From an uncultured Polyangiaceae bacterium (lineage in GTDB: Bacteria; Myxococcota_A; Polyangia; Polyangiales; Polyangiaceae): 64,000 nt of DNA. The translations under genes and the position numbers were made by a program. The notes beneath the pieces were generated by a model. It was not told where the DNA came from. It saw only the letters and a program-made list of their open reading frames with translations, and did not search any database. Location: NCBI GenBank assembly GCA_964577325.1, contig CAZNZA010000009.1:10698-74697 (forward strand). The letters are read 5' to 3'. Positions 10,225-18,489 of the stretch are shown piece after piece. How positions within the stretch are numbered: position 1 is the first letter of the stretch; each line of letters opens with the position of its first letter.

Positions 10225-10809
10225 TTACTCGTGGTTGTACCTACCGCTAACGGCCGGGTCTGCGACAGGGACGTGAGCGTCGCCTGCGTTCTGCTCGGCC
10301 TGATGATTCTGAAAACGCTCGAGCGCCCGCTCGGCTACGCGCCTCATGATGAGAAGTCCCACGGACATCAGCATCGAACGCAATACGGGGGTGGTGCGAT
10401 CAGCCACCTGTTCGTGACGGATGATGATCGGGGTGCGCCTCCTAAAAGTTCTGACTGCTGCCACTAAAGCCAGCGTGGCCGATGCCCCGCCGATGAGCAG
10501 GGCCCCCATCAGCAAGGGTCGGGTCGATGAGATTGCTTCACGTACGGCAAGCTCGCTGACGTCAGATACTCGCCGTACACGGTGAGAAAACCTAGCTTCT
10601 GCCAATCGCACCTCGGTGCGCGCCAGCTCTAGCGGGTCGAGCGCGCCGGAGGAGGACTCGCCAGGAGGAGGCGGAACCATGTCTTGGTCGACATCGGTAG
10701 GAGCCATGGTGGGCACGCGCGTACCGATATGCTCATCTGATAACCCGAACTCTGCCATGTACGTCGCCCTACGCTGGTCCGCGCCAGGCGGCTGTCTATC
10801 GTTTTCCAT
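10225..10809 (-). CDS. Hypothetical single-pass membrane protein
   Basis: 194-aa ORF with one clear TM (LLMGALLIGGASATLALVAAV). It overlaps the upstream holin-like gene by 14 nt. An alternative start is at 10758. No family recognised with confidence. Confidence 0.4.
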   Translation of the reverse strand: MENDRQPPGADQRRATYMAEFGLSDEHIGTRVPTMAPTDVDQDMVPPPPGESSSGALDPLELARTEVRLAEARFSHRVRRVSDVSELAVREAISSTRPLLMGALLIGGASATLALVAAVRTFRRRTPIIIRHEQVADRTTPVLRSMLMSVGLLIMRRVAERALERFQNHQAEQNAGDAHVPVADPAVSGRYNHE

Positions 10810-11143
10810 AACTCATTGCCCTTTGTATCGCTAAGTAAGCCAACGTCCCACTCCCGACAGCCAATGCAACAGGGCAGAGCAACAAGAGCCAACGCACCCA
10901 TGGAGACAGGTCCATCGTCAACAGCGGCCCCAGCACCAGTAAGCCGACTGCAGCTTGCAACAGAAAGCCAGTGACGAGCACCCAGGCCATTCCTACTAGC
11001 GCCCTGAGTGCTACTTCTTTGGTCTCGGCAAGCGCCAGTTTGACTTCGGCTTTCGCAAGCATCACAGCGCTTTCAATGACCTCCGCCGTCGCCGCTGGCA
11101 GAGAGTCTTGCGAACCCGATCCCCCGCTACTCTGATAATCCAT
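10796..11143 (-). CDS. Holin-X/DUF1469-like small membrane protein
   Basis: The ORF extends to GTG 11263. ATG 11143 is preferred because it has a purine-rich GGGAAAGAG upstream and gives 115 aa. Amphipathic AKAEVKLALAETKE helix followed by two TM segments, as in 'phage holin family'/DUF1469 proteins. Confidence 0.5.
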   Translation of the reverse strand: MDYQSSGGSGSQDSLPAATAEVIESAVMLAKAEVKLALAETKEVALRALVGMAWVLVTGFLLQAAVGLLVLGPLLTMDLSPWVRWLLLLCPVALAVGSGTLAYLAIQRAMSYGKR

Positions 11144-11537
11144 CCCTGAAACTCTTTCCCATGCTTCCACAGTTCCTCCTCGCCGACTAGCTCCTGTTAA
11201 GCCACTGCCGGGCGCAACTTCCACGCCGCCCGTTGCATTCCGCGAGATGGATCTTCTGCGCACGCATCAATGCGTGCAAAGTCCAGCCGTCGCTGCTCTG
11301 GGATCGACCAAGCCGTCTTGAAGGATCCGTCTTCAAGAATCATTCCACGGCCGTGGCGGGGCGCGTTCCGCGGGCTCGCCTCTATGGTGAGGCACATTTG
11401 CGCCGCATGATTCCACCACACTGAGGCGATAGCGTGCAGCTGGGGCCAGAGCGGTGGAAATATAGCGGGTACTGCAGTGGCATGGTCGTTGCGTTACGAC
11501 TCTGCGAACGCGTGCACACCACGCAGGAGGAAAAGAC

Positions 11538-11960
11538 ATGCAAACAACCTTACCCAAGCTACGAACTCTAATGTCGATCGGTTCAGCCATCGCCGCTACG
11601 CCGGTTGCCCGCTCGCTCACGATTGGATCGCTACGTGACCCGTTGGCGCTCTTCGGCCTCGAACGCCGTAGCTCACGCGTGCTCGAACGCTCAGCTTTGA
11701 TCGGCGCGGGAGTGCTGCTTGGAGCGGGTGCTGCGTTGCTCTTAGCCCCAACCAGTGGCCGTGAGACTAGACAGCGAATCAGCGAACGCGCCAACCAACT
11801 CACCAAAGAAGCGCGCGAGGCGAGCGAGCGCGCGGCTGGCTATCTGCAGGAAACGGTCGACGCCAAGCTCCGAGAGACGGGTGGAGGCACAGCGACCACC
11901 AACACGGGAATGAAGACTCCTGAAAAACCCGGCGTACGTCCGGTGTCAGCCCACTCCTGA
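11538..11960 (+). CDS. YtxH domain-containing protein
   Basis: 140-aa ORF preceded by AGGAGG 7 nt upstream. TM helix followed by APTSGRETRQRISERANQLTKEAREASERA, the characteristic YtxH motif and helical tail. Confidence 0.65.
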   Translation: MQTTLPKLRTLMSIGSAIAATPVARSLTIGSLRDPLALFGLERRSSRVLERSALIGAGVLLGAGAALLLAPTSGRETRQRISERANQLTKEAREASERAAGYLQETVDAKLRETGGGTATTNTGMKTPEKPGVRPVSAHS

Positions 11961-12041
11961 TCGTTAATCCATAATTACAATAGCGCACTCGACAGGCGCT
12001 CAGCTCGCGCCGCGTCAGTGACTTTTTAGAAAGAAGAAGAC

Positions 12042-12206
12042 ATGTTGTATTGGACGGCGATATTTTTCATCATCGCGCTGGTAGCGGCGCTGTTTGGCTT
12101 CGGTGGTTTAGCGGCCAGCGCAGCGGGGATCGCCAAGATTCTATTCTTTGTGTTCCTGGTACTAGCGGTCGTTTCCCTACTGTTCGGGCGCAAAGCGCCC
12201 GTTTGA
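12042..12206 (+). CDS. DUF1328/UPF0391 (YtjA-like) small membrane protein, 54 aa
   Basis: Not in the supplied ORF track because it is under 60 aa. Own translation: [54 protein letters not shown]. This is the near-canonical DUF1328 pattern (two TM segments, FGFGG...AA.IAKILFF). Purine-rich stretch upstream. Confidence 0.75.
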   Translation: MLYWTAIFFIIALVAALFGFGGLAASAAGIAKILFFVFLVLAVVSLLFGRKAPV

Positions 12207-12483
12207 TGAGCAGGGGATTGTGCGCGCGCGTCCGTCCACACCCGTGATGGGTGCATAGACCCACCTCTTGCCTTCTGCGTTCGTAGGAGGCAATCTCGAC
12301 GACCTCTTCCTCCGGGAAGAGGTCGTTTCTCTTTTGTGCTCGTTCTTGCGTGCCCGGTTGCCCCAACGCGACGGCTTGCCCCGTAAATCGGCTACACGCA
12401 ACCCATTGTCCTAGGCGTCTTCGCCTCGGCGCTATGACACCCGAGCGCACAGCACATGGCTCGTTCCTTGCTACACCTCGCTC

Positions 12484-13911
12484 ATGCGCGCGATCGAGAA
12501 GGCGGCTCTTCGACACGGACCCCCCCATGATAGGCCGAAGTCTACCATTAGGCCTTGTGCCATTCCGGACCGTCCACGAAGCACGCTTCCCAGTTCGCCA
12601 GAAGCATCCGTAGGCGAGGAGCCGACTGCGCAGCAAGGAGCGGCCAGTGGCCAATCACACGTGCCGCAATGGCTTGACGGCTACGGCGCAGAGAAGTTTC
12701 TCGTGCAGTCAGTACTCGGCGTTGGTGGCATGGGTGTCGTGTATCGCGCCAGGCATGCCTTGATGGGCTGCGACGTGGCGCTGAAGGTAGTGCGTCCGGA
12801 GTACGTGCAGAATGCTGAAGTCGTGGAGCGCTTTTTCCGTGAAGCCCGGGCATTGTCAACCTTGAACGCGCCCGGCATAGTTCGAGTGCTCGATTGCGAC
12901 GTCACTGCGGAGGGGTGTCCCTTCATTGCCATGGAGCTGTTGGAGGGTCACGACCTACGCACGGTGCTGGAGCAGCGTGGGGCACTACCTCTGAACAACG
13001 CCTTGGGTATCCTGTACGAGGCCGCAGTGGCCATGGGTCATGCCCACGCCGCCGGTATCGTTCATCGCGATCTAAAGCCCGAAAATCTGTTCTTGGACAC
13101 GCGCCGCAACCAGGGCCCCGCACAAGTGAAGGTGATTGACTTCGGCGTAGTTCGCAACAGCGTGGATGCGCGCAGTATCACGATCGTCGGTAACGCACTG
13201 GGTTCAGTGTACTACATGGCCCCGGAACAGATTGAGGATTCGCATGCGGTAGATGCGCGCGCTGACGTGTGGTCGCTGGGCGTCATTCTATACGAGTGTC
13301 TGACAGGTGAGCTGCCCTTTCAAGCGCGTTCGCAACTTGCGGCCTCCTCGGTCATTCTTCAGGATGAGCCTATCGACATCCGCTACTTCCTGCCAGACTT
13401 GTCTCCTCACGTCGCAGCCTTGGTGCGTCGTTGCTTGAACAAGAACCCGCAACAGCGCTTCGCTCACGCAGAAGAATTGGCTGCGGCTTTGAAGCAATGC
13501 AGCCAACAGTGTCTGTCTCGCCCCGCAACGAGCGCAACAGTACCGAAGGTCGTTGCGGGCACCCTCGTGAACAACCACGGTCTTCGTGAGACAACGGAGG
13601 CCGCTCATCGTGGACCAGGTTGGTCCATTCCCTCCGCAGCCCAGCCGCAAGCCTCCCCCCTAGCGACCAATATTGGTCATCGCATGGCGGCATTCTGGGG
13701 CGCAACCCCGTGTGCGCTCCTACTTCTAGGCGTCTTCGCGCTCAGTCTATCGCTGGGCGCCGCGCTGACGGACTTCGGGCAGTTATGGGTTCAGGGCCCT
13801 GAGCGTCCAAGTCGACCGACGCCTGAAGTCGCCAAGCCTGAGCTGCTCACGGCCGGCGTCATGGCGTCTCCGAACCTCCAATCGCCGACGAGCTATGGTC
13901 TATCGAGATGA
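12484..13911 (+). CDS. Ser/Thr protein kinase (Hanks-type) with C-terminal TM segment
   Basis: GVGGMGVVYRA P-loop, VALKVV lysine, HRDLKPENLF catalytic loop, DFG, YMAPEQ. Hydrophobic segment near the C-terminus (ALLLLGVFALSLSLGAAL). The N-terminal start is uncertain. Confidence 0.85.
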   Translation: MRAIEKAALRHGPPHDRPKSTIRPCAIPDRPRSTLPSSPEASVGEEPTAQQGAASGQSHVPQWLDGYGAEKFLVQSVLGVGGMGVVYRARHALMGCDVALKVVRPEYVQNAEVVERFFREARALSTLNAPGIVRVLDCDVTAEGCPFIAMELLEGHDLRTVLEQRGALPLNNALGILYEAAVAMGHAHAAGIVHRDLKPENLFLDTRRNQGPAQVKVIDFGVVRNSVDARSITIVGNALGSVYYMAPEQIEDSHAVDARADVWSLGVILYECLTGELPFQARSQLAASSVILQDEPIDIRYFLPDLSPHVAALVRRCLNKNPQQRFAHAEELAAALKQCSQQCLSRPATSATVPKVVAGTLVNNHGLRETTEAAHRGPGWSIPSAAQPQASPLATNIGHRMAAFWGATPCALLLLGVFALSLSLGAALTDFGQLWVQGPERPSRPTPEVAKPELLTAGVMASPNLQSPTSYGLSR

Positions 13912-14773
13912 CTTGGACACACCGCCGCGTGCTCCGGCCCTCCCTCCCGGGGCCTATGCGGTCGGCGATCGCGTAGGGCGAATTTCTGGCGTCTTGACCG
14001 ATAAGGCTAACATTCGAGACGCGGACATTGGAGCAGCCAGGATTGTTGATGGCGTACGTCAGACCGGAGAGGATCAGTACCTCGTCGCTCGCTTGGTTCG
14101 CAGCCTAGAGCTTACCGAGTCTAGCCTGCAAGACCACGCTGCGCTCGAGCACACTCAAGGTTGGCTCATCCTGTTAGCCGATGGCGCCGGCGCCAACGAG
14201 GCCGGCGAAGTAGCTAGTGCAGTAGCCATCTCCGCGGTTGCCGAGCGCGTCCTTTCCGCGTTTCCTTGGGAGACGAGCGGAGCACACGAGGTGTCCCCCC
14301 TCAATCATGCTGCCGCCACTGCGTTCGAAAGGACTCAGGCCTTGCTGACCGACTACGCGGAGGTGTGTGGCATCGAACATCCGACCAGCACGAGTCTGAC
14401 CGCCGCTTTTATTGTCTGGCCTGTCCTACACCTGTTTCACGTCGGGCAAACCCACTGCTTTCTGCAGCGCAATGGCGTGCTGACGCAACTCAGCGTGGAC
14501 ACGCCCCCTCCACCACACATGGCATCGCATTCATTGGTGGCCGGCCAAGAAAAGCTCGAGCTGCAAGCTCACTCACATTGCCTGAAGCTCGGCGACGTGC
14601 TCGTGTTCTGCACCGACGGGATCCGCGGCGCTCTGGACGAAGCGACGCTGCAAGGCATCCTTCGCTCTGAGCATACCAGCTCGCGGGCGTGCGCCGAGCA
14701 GATCGCTCAAGTTGCAAAAGCACGTAACGGGACCGGCAATCTGACGGTCGTGATCGCCGCTTTCTCCGGCTGA
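13895..14773 (+). CDS. PP2C-family (PPM) Ser/Thr phosphatase
   Basis: 292-aa ORF. LILLADGAGANEAGEVAS, VLVFCTDGIRGALD and NLTVVIAAF match PP2C metal-binding motifs. The start overlaps the kinase stop by 17 nt. Confidence 0.8.
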   Translation: MVYRDDLDTPPRAPALPPGAYAVGDRVGRISGVLTDKANIRDADIGAARIVDGVRQTGEDQYLVARLVRSLELTESSLQDHAALEHTQGWLILLADGAGANEAGEVASAVAISAVAERVLSAFPWETSGAHEVSPLNHAAATAFERTQALLTDYAEVCGIEHPTSTSLTAAFIVWPVLHLFHVGQTHCFLQRNGVLTQLSVDTPPPPHMASHSLVAGQEKLELQAHSHCLKLGDVLVFCTDGIRGALDEATLQGILRSEHTSSRACAEQIAQVAKARNGTGNLTVVIAAFSG

Positions 14774-15006
14774 GAGCTCGCCCTTGTTCGTGTGCGACGC
14801 CCGATCACGTAGCGCCCACAGCAAGCGGGGCAGTCTGGCGTGGCGGGCGGCCTCTGGAGCCGCACGATCGCCCCGTCTGGTCACCCCATGAACGCTTTTT
14901 GGCGCCGCATCACTCACTGTCAATACCCTGGCACGCAGCATGCTTAGACAATCTACCGAGGCCCGAGGGGGACACCCGAGGTTACCTAAGTCATCAGCCA
15001 ACGCTG

Positions 15007-15915
15007 ATGTTCACATTCACCCTACACCGACTTCACAACGAGGAAACAGTGTCTGAAGCAACCGAACGGTATGGTCGCTCCCCGCTAGACCGCTACATCG
15101 CAAACGCCCATTGCGCGCCGGTCCTCTCCCAGCTCGATGAAACGGACTGCGCTCGGCGTTGGCAGACCCATGCGGATCAGGCCGCATTGGACGCCCTGAT
15201 GCGGGCCAACCTGCGACACGTGGTCTACATCGCTCGTCGTTTCCGTGGCTACGCCGTATCTCAAGACGAGTTGATCGCTGAGGGTACGCTTGGCCTGCTC
15301 AAGGCTGCCGACGGTTTTGATCCGGAGCGGGGACTTCGCTTCTCCACTTATGCCGGGTACTGGATACGCTCTTACATGACCCGCCTCGTGCTCAAATCTT
15401 GGAGCTTGATTGGCACGGGAAAGGGTGCCCTCAGCTCCCGTACGTTCTTCCGTCTGCGCCGAGAGCGGGCTCGTGCCGAAGCCTTGGTGGGCAGCGATCA
15501 AGCTCGTTCGGAAATTGCTCGCAACATGGGTTTGACTCCGGAGCGAGTAGCCGAGCTCGAACATCAGATCGACCAGCGAGACATATCACTTTCTCAGCCC
15601 TCGAATGACGGTAGCGTGGTCGATCTCGTTGATGTCGTCGAATCCACTCACGACGATCACACTGAGCTCGAGCAAAGGGACTTCGCGGAATGCTACCGGC
15701 CGCACCTGCAGCAAGCACTGGAAGCATTGGATGCGCGTGAGCGTTACGTCATTCAGAATCGATACATGAGTGACGACCAAGTACCCTTGGCCGCGATCGG
15801 GCGAGAGCTTGGCGTTTCCCGGGAGCGTGCACGGCAGCTCGAGGTCCGAGCCAAGAACAAGCTCCGGCGCTCGGTGATGCGCATGACTACCGCAGCGACA
15901 CCGCTTGCAAGCTAA
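15007..15915 (+). CDS. Sigma-70 family alternative sigma factor (RpoH-like/group 3)
   Basis: The ORF starts at 14899. ATG 15007 is preferred by length. Region 2: ANLRHVVYIARRFRGYAVSQDELIAEGTLGLLKAADGFDPERGLRFSTYAGYWIRSYM. Region 4 HTH: LAAIGRELGVSRERARQLEVRAKNKL. Confidence 0.8.
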   Translation: MFTFTLHRLHNEETVSEATERYGRSPLDRYIANAHCAPVLSQLDETDCARRWQTHADQAALDALMRANLRHVVYIARRFRGYAVSQDELIAEGTLGLLKAADGFDPERGLRFSTYAGYWIRSYMTRLVLKSWSLIGTGKGALSSRTFFRLRRERARAEALVGSDQARSEIARNMGLTPERVAELEHQIDQRDISLSQPSNDGSVVDLVDVVESTHDDHTELEQRDFAECYRPHLQQALEALDARERYVIQNRYMSDDQVPLAAIGRELGVSRERARQLEVRAKNKLRRSVMRMTTAATPLAS

Positions 15916-17003
15916 GGTGCTGGTGGACGCCGGGGAAGCGTTACCACGAGGCGCGTGCCCTGGCCCGAGGCGGACTCAGCACGGACATCTCCTCCGTGCG
16001 CCCGGGCAATTTGTCGGACGATGTATAGTCCAAGACCCAGGCCTTCACGTTGTAAACCAGCCCGCCGTGACACGAAGGGCTCGAACAAGCCGGGTAAGTC
16101 GCGTGGATCGATCTCGCCTTGGTTGATGACGTCTATCCGTACCTGATGCTCTTGAACACCATTCAGGCGCACGAGCACTGGTTCGCCGGCAACACCATGT
16201 TCGAGCGCGTTGCCCAGCAGGTTCGAGAAGACCTGCCCGACCCTGGATGCGTCCCACTCTCCGGTTAGATCCCCCTCGTGGGTGAGTTGCAGATGCGCGG
16301 TAGAGGAAGTAGCGCTGATCTCTTCGACCGCATTTTTCGCGATCTCTACTAAGTTGCAAGGTTGGCGATTGACCGGAATTCCGCCGCTCAGGCGCGCACG
16401 CGATAGGTCGAGCAAGTCGCCGATGATCGAGTTCATACGCCGCGAACTTCGCTCTATCTTGTCGGCCGCCTTGATGATCTGCGGATCGTCCGTGGTCATC
16501 TTCAGCAGAGTACTCGACATGAGAATGGAGTTCAGCGGGTTGCGTAGGTCGTGACTGACTACCGCCACGAGCTCCTCACTCAACCGCAGCATGTTGGCTA
16601 GCACTTCGCGCTGCCGCTGCATGTCGGCGAAGACCTTCACCTTGCTAATCAAGACCTGTGGATTCAGCGGCTTGAACAGGAAGTCCACGGCTCCCGCGTC
16701 ATACCCGCGAAACTCGCGCGTTTTCTCCGCAGCGCCCGCCGTCACGAAGATGATGGGGACTTTGGACGTGCGGCTCGCGCCCCTCATCAACTCCGCAAGC
16801 TCAAAGCCGTCCATTTCCGGCATTTGCACGTCGACCAGCGCTACGGCCACGTCTTGCTCGAGCAGCAGCTCCAGGGCTTCTGCTCCTGAACGGGCCGCGA
16901 TCAGCTCAACGTCGACATCGGCCAGTATCGTCTGCAACACGAGCAGGTTTTCCTGTCGATCATCGACCAATAGAACTTTGGGTGGACGCTCTGTGGGTAA
17001 CAT
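15912..17003 (-). CDS. Response-regulator/histidine-kinase fusion (REC-HisKA-HATPase_c)
   Basis: N-terminal REC (KVLLVDDRQENL...VALVDVQMPEMDGFEL...KP). H-box VVSHDLRNPLNS. N-box NLLGNALEH. G-boxes GLGLGLYIVRQIARAHGG. Confidence 0.85.
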   Translation of the reverse strand: MLPTERPPKVLLVDDRQENLLVLQTILADVDVELIAARSGAEALELLLEQDVAVALVDVQMPEMDGFELAELMRGASRTSKVPIIFVTAGAAEKTREFRGYDAGAVDFLFKPLNPQVLISKVKVFADMQRQREVLANMLRLSEELVAVVSHDLRNPLNSILMSSTLLKMTTDDPQIIKAADKIERSSRRMNSIIGDLLDLSRARLSGGIPVNRQPCNLVEIAKNAVEEISATSSTAHLQLTHEGDLTGEWDASRVGQVFSNLLGNALEHGVAGEPVLVRLNGVQEHQVRIDVINQGEIDPRDLPGLFEPFVSRRAGLQREGLGLGLYIVRQIARAHGGDVRAESASGQGTRLVVTLPRRPPAP

Positions 17004-17077
17004 AGGAAGCCTTCATCCTTTCCCAGGAGATCCGTGTCTCCTAGTAGAGCGCGATAAACGCCGCTGTCCTTCAGTCC

Positions 17078-17662
17078 TCATAGACAAACTCTCGATAGTA
17101 TTGCGGTCAATCTGCCGACGTCCGCGACGATCTGGGGTGCGGCTGCTTTTATTGCGGCAAGGGGCATAGTTGGTACTTCGCAGCCGCTCGGCTCTTGTAC
17201 CAACACAGTCCCGCCTGCACTCCTGATTCTTCTGGCCCCAGCTGCTCCGTCTTCGTTGGCGCCGGAGAGCACGACGCCGATGGTGCCGGCGCCGTAAACG
17301 TCGGCTGCACAATCGAAAAAAACATCGATCGACGGACGGCAGTAGTTCACTTTCGGCTCAACGGACAGCGCAAACGTGCCGCCATTCTCAATCAGCAGAT
17401 GATAGTCCGGCGGAGCAAAGTACACGGTGCCAGGCCTGATGGGGGATTTGTCGATGGGGTCTTCCACTGGCATGAGGCAATGGCTGCCGAACAACCGTCG
17501 AAGACCGTCATCTCTTCCAGGCGCCACGTGCAAAACGATGACGATCGGTACCTCGAGCCGCAGTCCCGACAGCAGCTCGCGTAGCACTCGAACGGCTCCT
17601 GCTGAACCGCCAATCGCGATCAAGCGCCCCCGGAGCACTTCAGGACTTGGTTCGGCGTTCAT
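17078..17662 (-). CDS. cheB: CheB-type protein-glutamate methylesterase, catalytic domain only (no REC)
   Basis: LIAIGGSAGAVRVLRELLSGL, VLHVAP, IGVVLSGANEDGAAGARRIRSAGG are CheB_methylest motifs. Start chosen at ATG 17662, which forms an ATGA overlap with the CheR stop. The ORF extends to 17770. Confidence 0.8.
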   Translation of the reverse strand: MNAEPSPEVLRGRLIAIGGSAGAVRVLRELLSGLRLEVPIVIVLHVAPGRDDGLRRLFGSHCLMPVEDPIDKSPIRPGTVYFAPPDYHLLIENGGTFALSVEPKVNYCRPSIDVFFDCAADVYGAGTIGVVLSGANEDGAAGARRIRSAGGTVLVQEPSGCEVPTMPLAAIKAAAPQIVADVGRLTAILSRVCL

Positions 17663-18489
17663 TTCTTTCGGTACCATCTGTAGTCGAGACTCGTTTGCTC
17701 GAAAGCGTCGTCTTGCGCCGAAAATTGGAGCGTTTCGCGCGCCCCTAGACCGAGGAATCCTCGTCGGCACAGGGCCCGGGTCATCACTTCCAGCGCGCGA
17801 TTCTGGAGCTCACCGTCGAAATAGATGAGGACATTTCGACAGCTGACCACCTGCACTTCTGCAAAAACGTTGTCGGTAGCCAAGCTGTGATCGGCGAACA
17901 CAATCTTACGTTTGAGAGCGCGGTCGAATACAGCCTCCTTTTTGCCCGTAGTGTAGTGTTCCGACAACGACTGCTGTGCGCCGGTCAACCTGTGGTTCTG
18001 GCTGAACTCCCGCATTCTGCTCAGGGAATACACTCCAGCCTCAGCTTTTCGCAAAGCTTCCGGGCTGATGTCGGTCCCGTATAAGAGACTGCGCTCGAGG
18101 AGACCCTCTTCACGCAGAATGACGGCATAGGAGTATATCTCCTCCCCTGTGCTACACCCCGCCACCCAGATGCGGATTGATGGGTAGGTGCGCAGCACGG
18201 GGATGATTTCGCGCCTGAACAGCTCGAAAAACCCGGGGTTGCGGAACATGTCCGTGACCTGGACACTCAAGCAGCGAAGTAGCGTCGAGAACGCGTTCTC
18301 ATCGTGCAAGATTAACGATTGTAGGCGACCCAGATCTTCGCAATGCAACTCACGTAGCGCCGCGCGCACGCGCCGTTTGACGGAAGCCCTTGCATAGTTC
18401 CGGAAGTCGTAGTGATACCGATAGAACACCGCGTCTAGTAGTAGGCGCAGTTCAATGTCCTCGATATCGACACTAGCGCACTCGTTCAT
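17659..18489 (-). CDS. cheR: CheR-type protein-glutamate O-methyltransferase
   Basis: N-terminal helical CheR_N (FRNYARASVKRRV). SAM-binding IRIWVAGCSTGEEIYSYA. VSCRNVLIYF. ATG 18489 overlaps the hybrid kinase stop as ATGA. The ORF extends to 18504. Confidence 0.85.
   Translation of the reverse strand: MNECASVDIEDIELRLLLDAVFYRYHYDFRNYARASVKRRVRAALRELHCEDLGRLQSLILHDENAFSTLLRCLSVQVTDMFRNPGFFELFRREIIPVLRTYPSIRIWVAGCSTGEEIYSYAVILREEGLLERSLLYGTDISPEALRKAEAGVYSLSRMREFSQNHRLTGAQQSLSEHYTTGKKEAVFDRALKRKIVFADHSLATDNVFAEVQVVSCRNVLIYFDGELQNRALEVMTRALCRRGFLGLGARETLQFSAQDDAFEQTSLDYRWYRKK

Noticed and set aside
12070-12654. 194-aa minus-strand ORF spanning the DUF1328 gene and the kinase 5' region
   Set aside because: The product is Arg-rich and low-complexity, it overlaps a convincing small CDS on the other strand, and it has no motifs.
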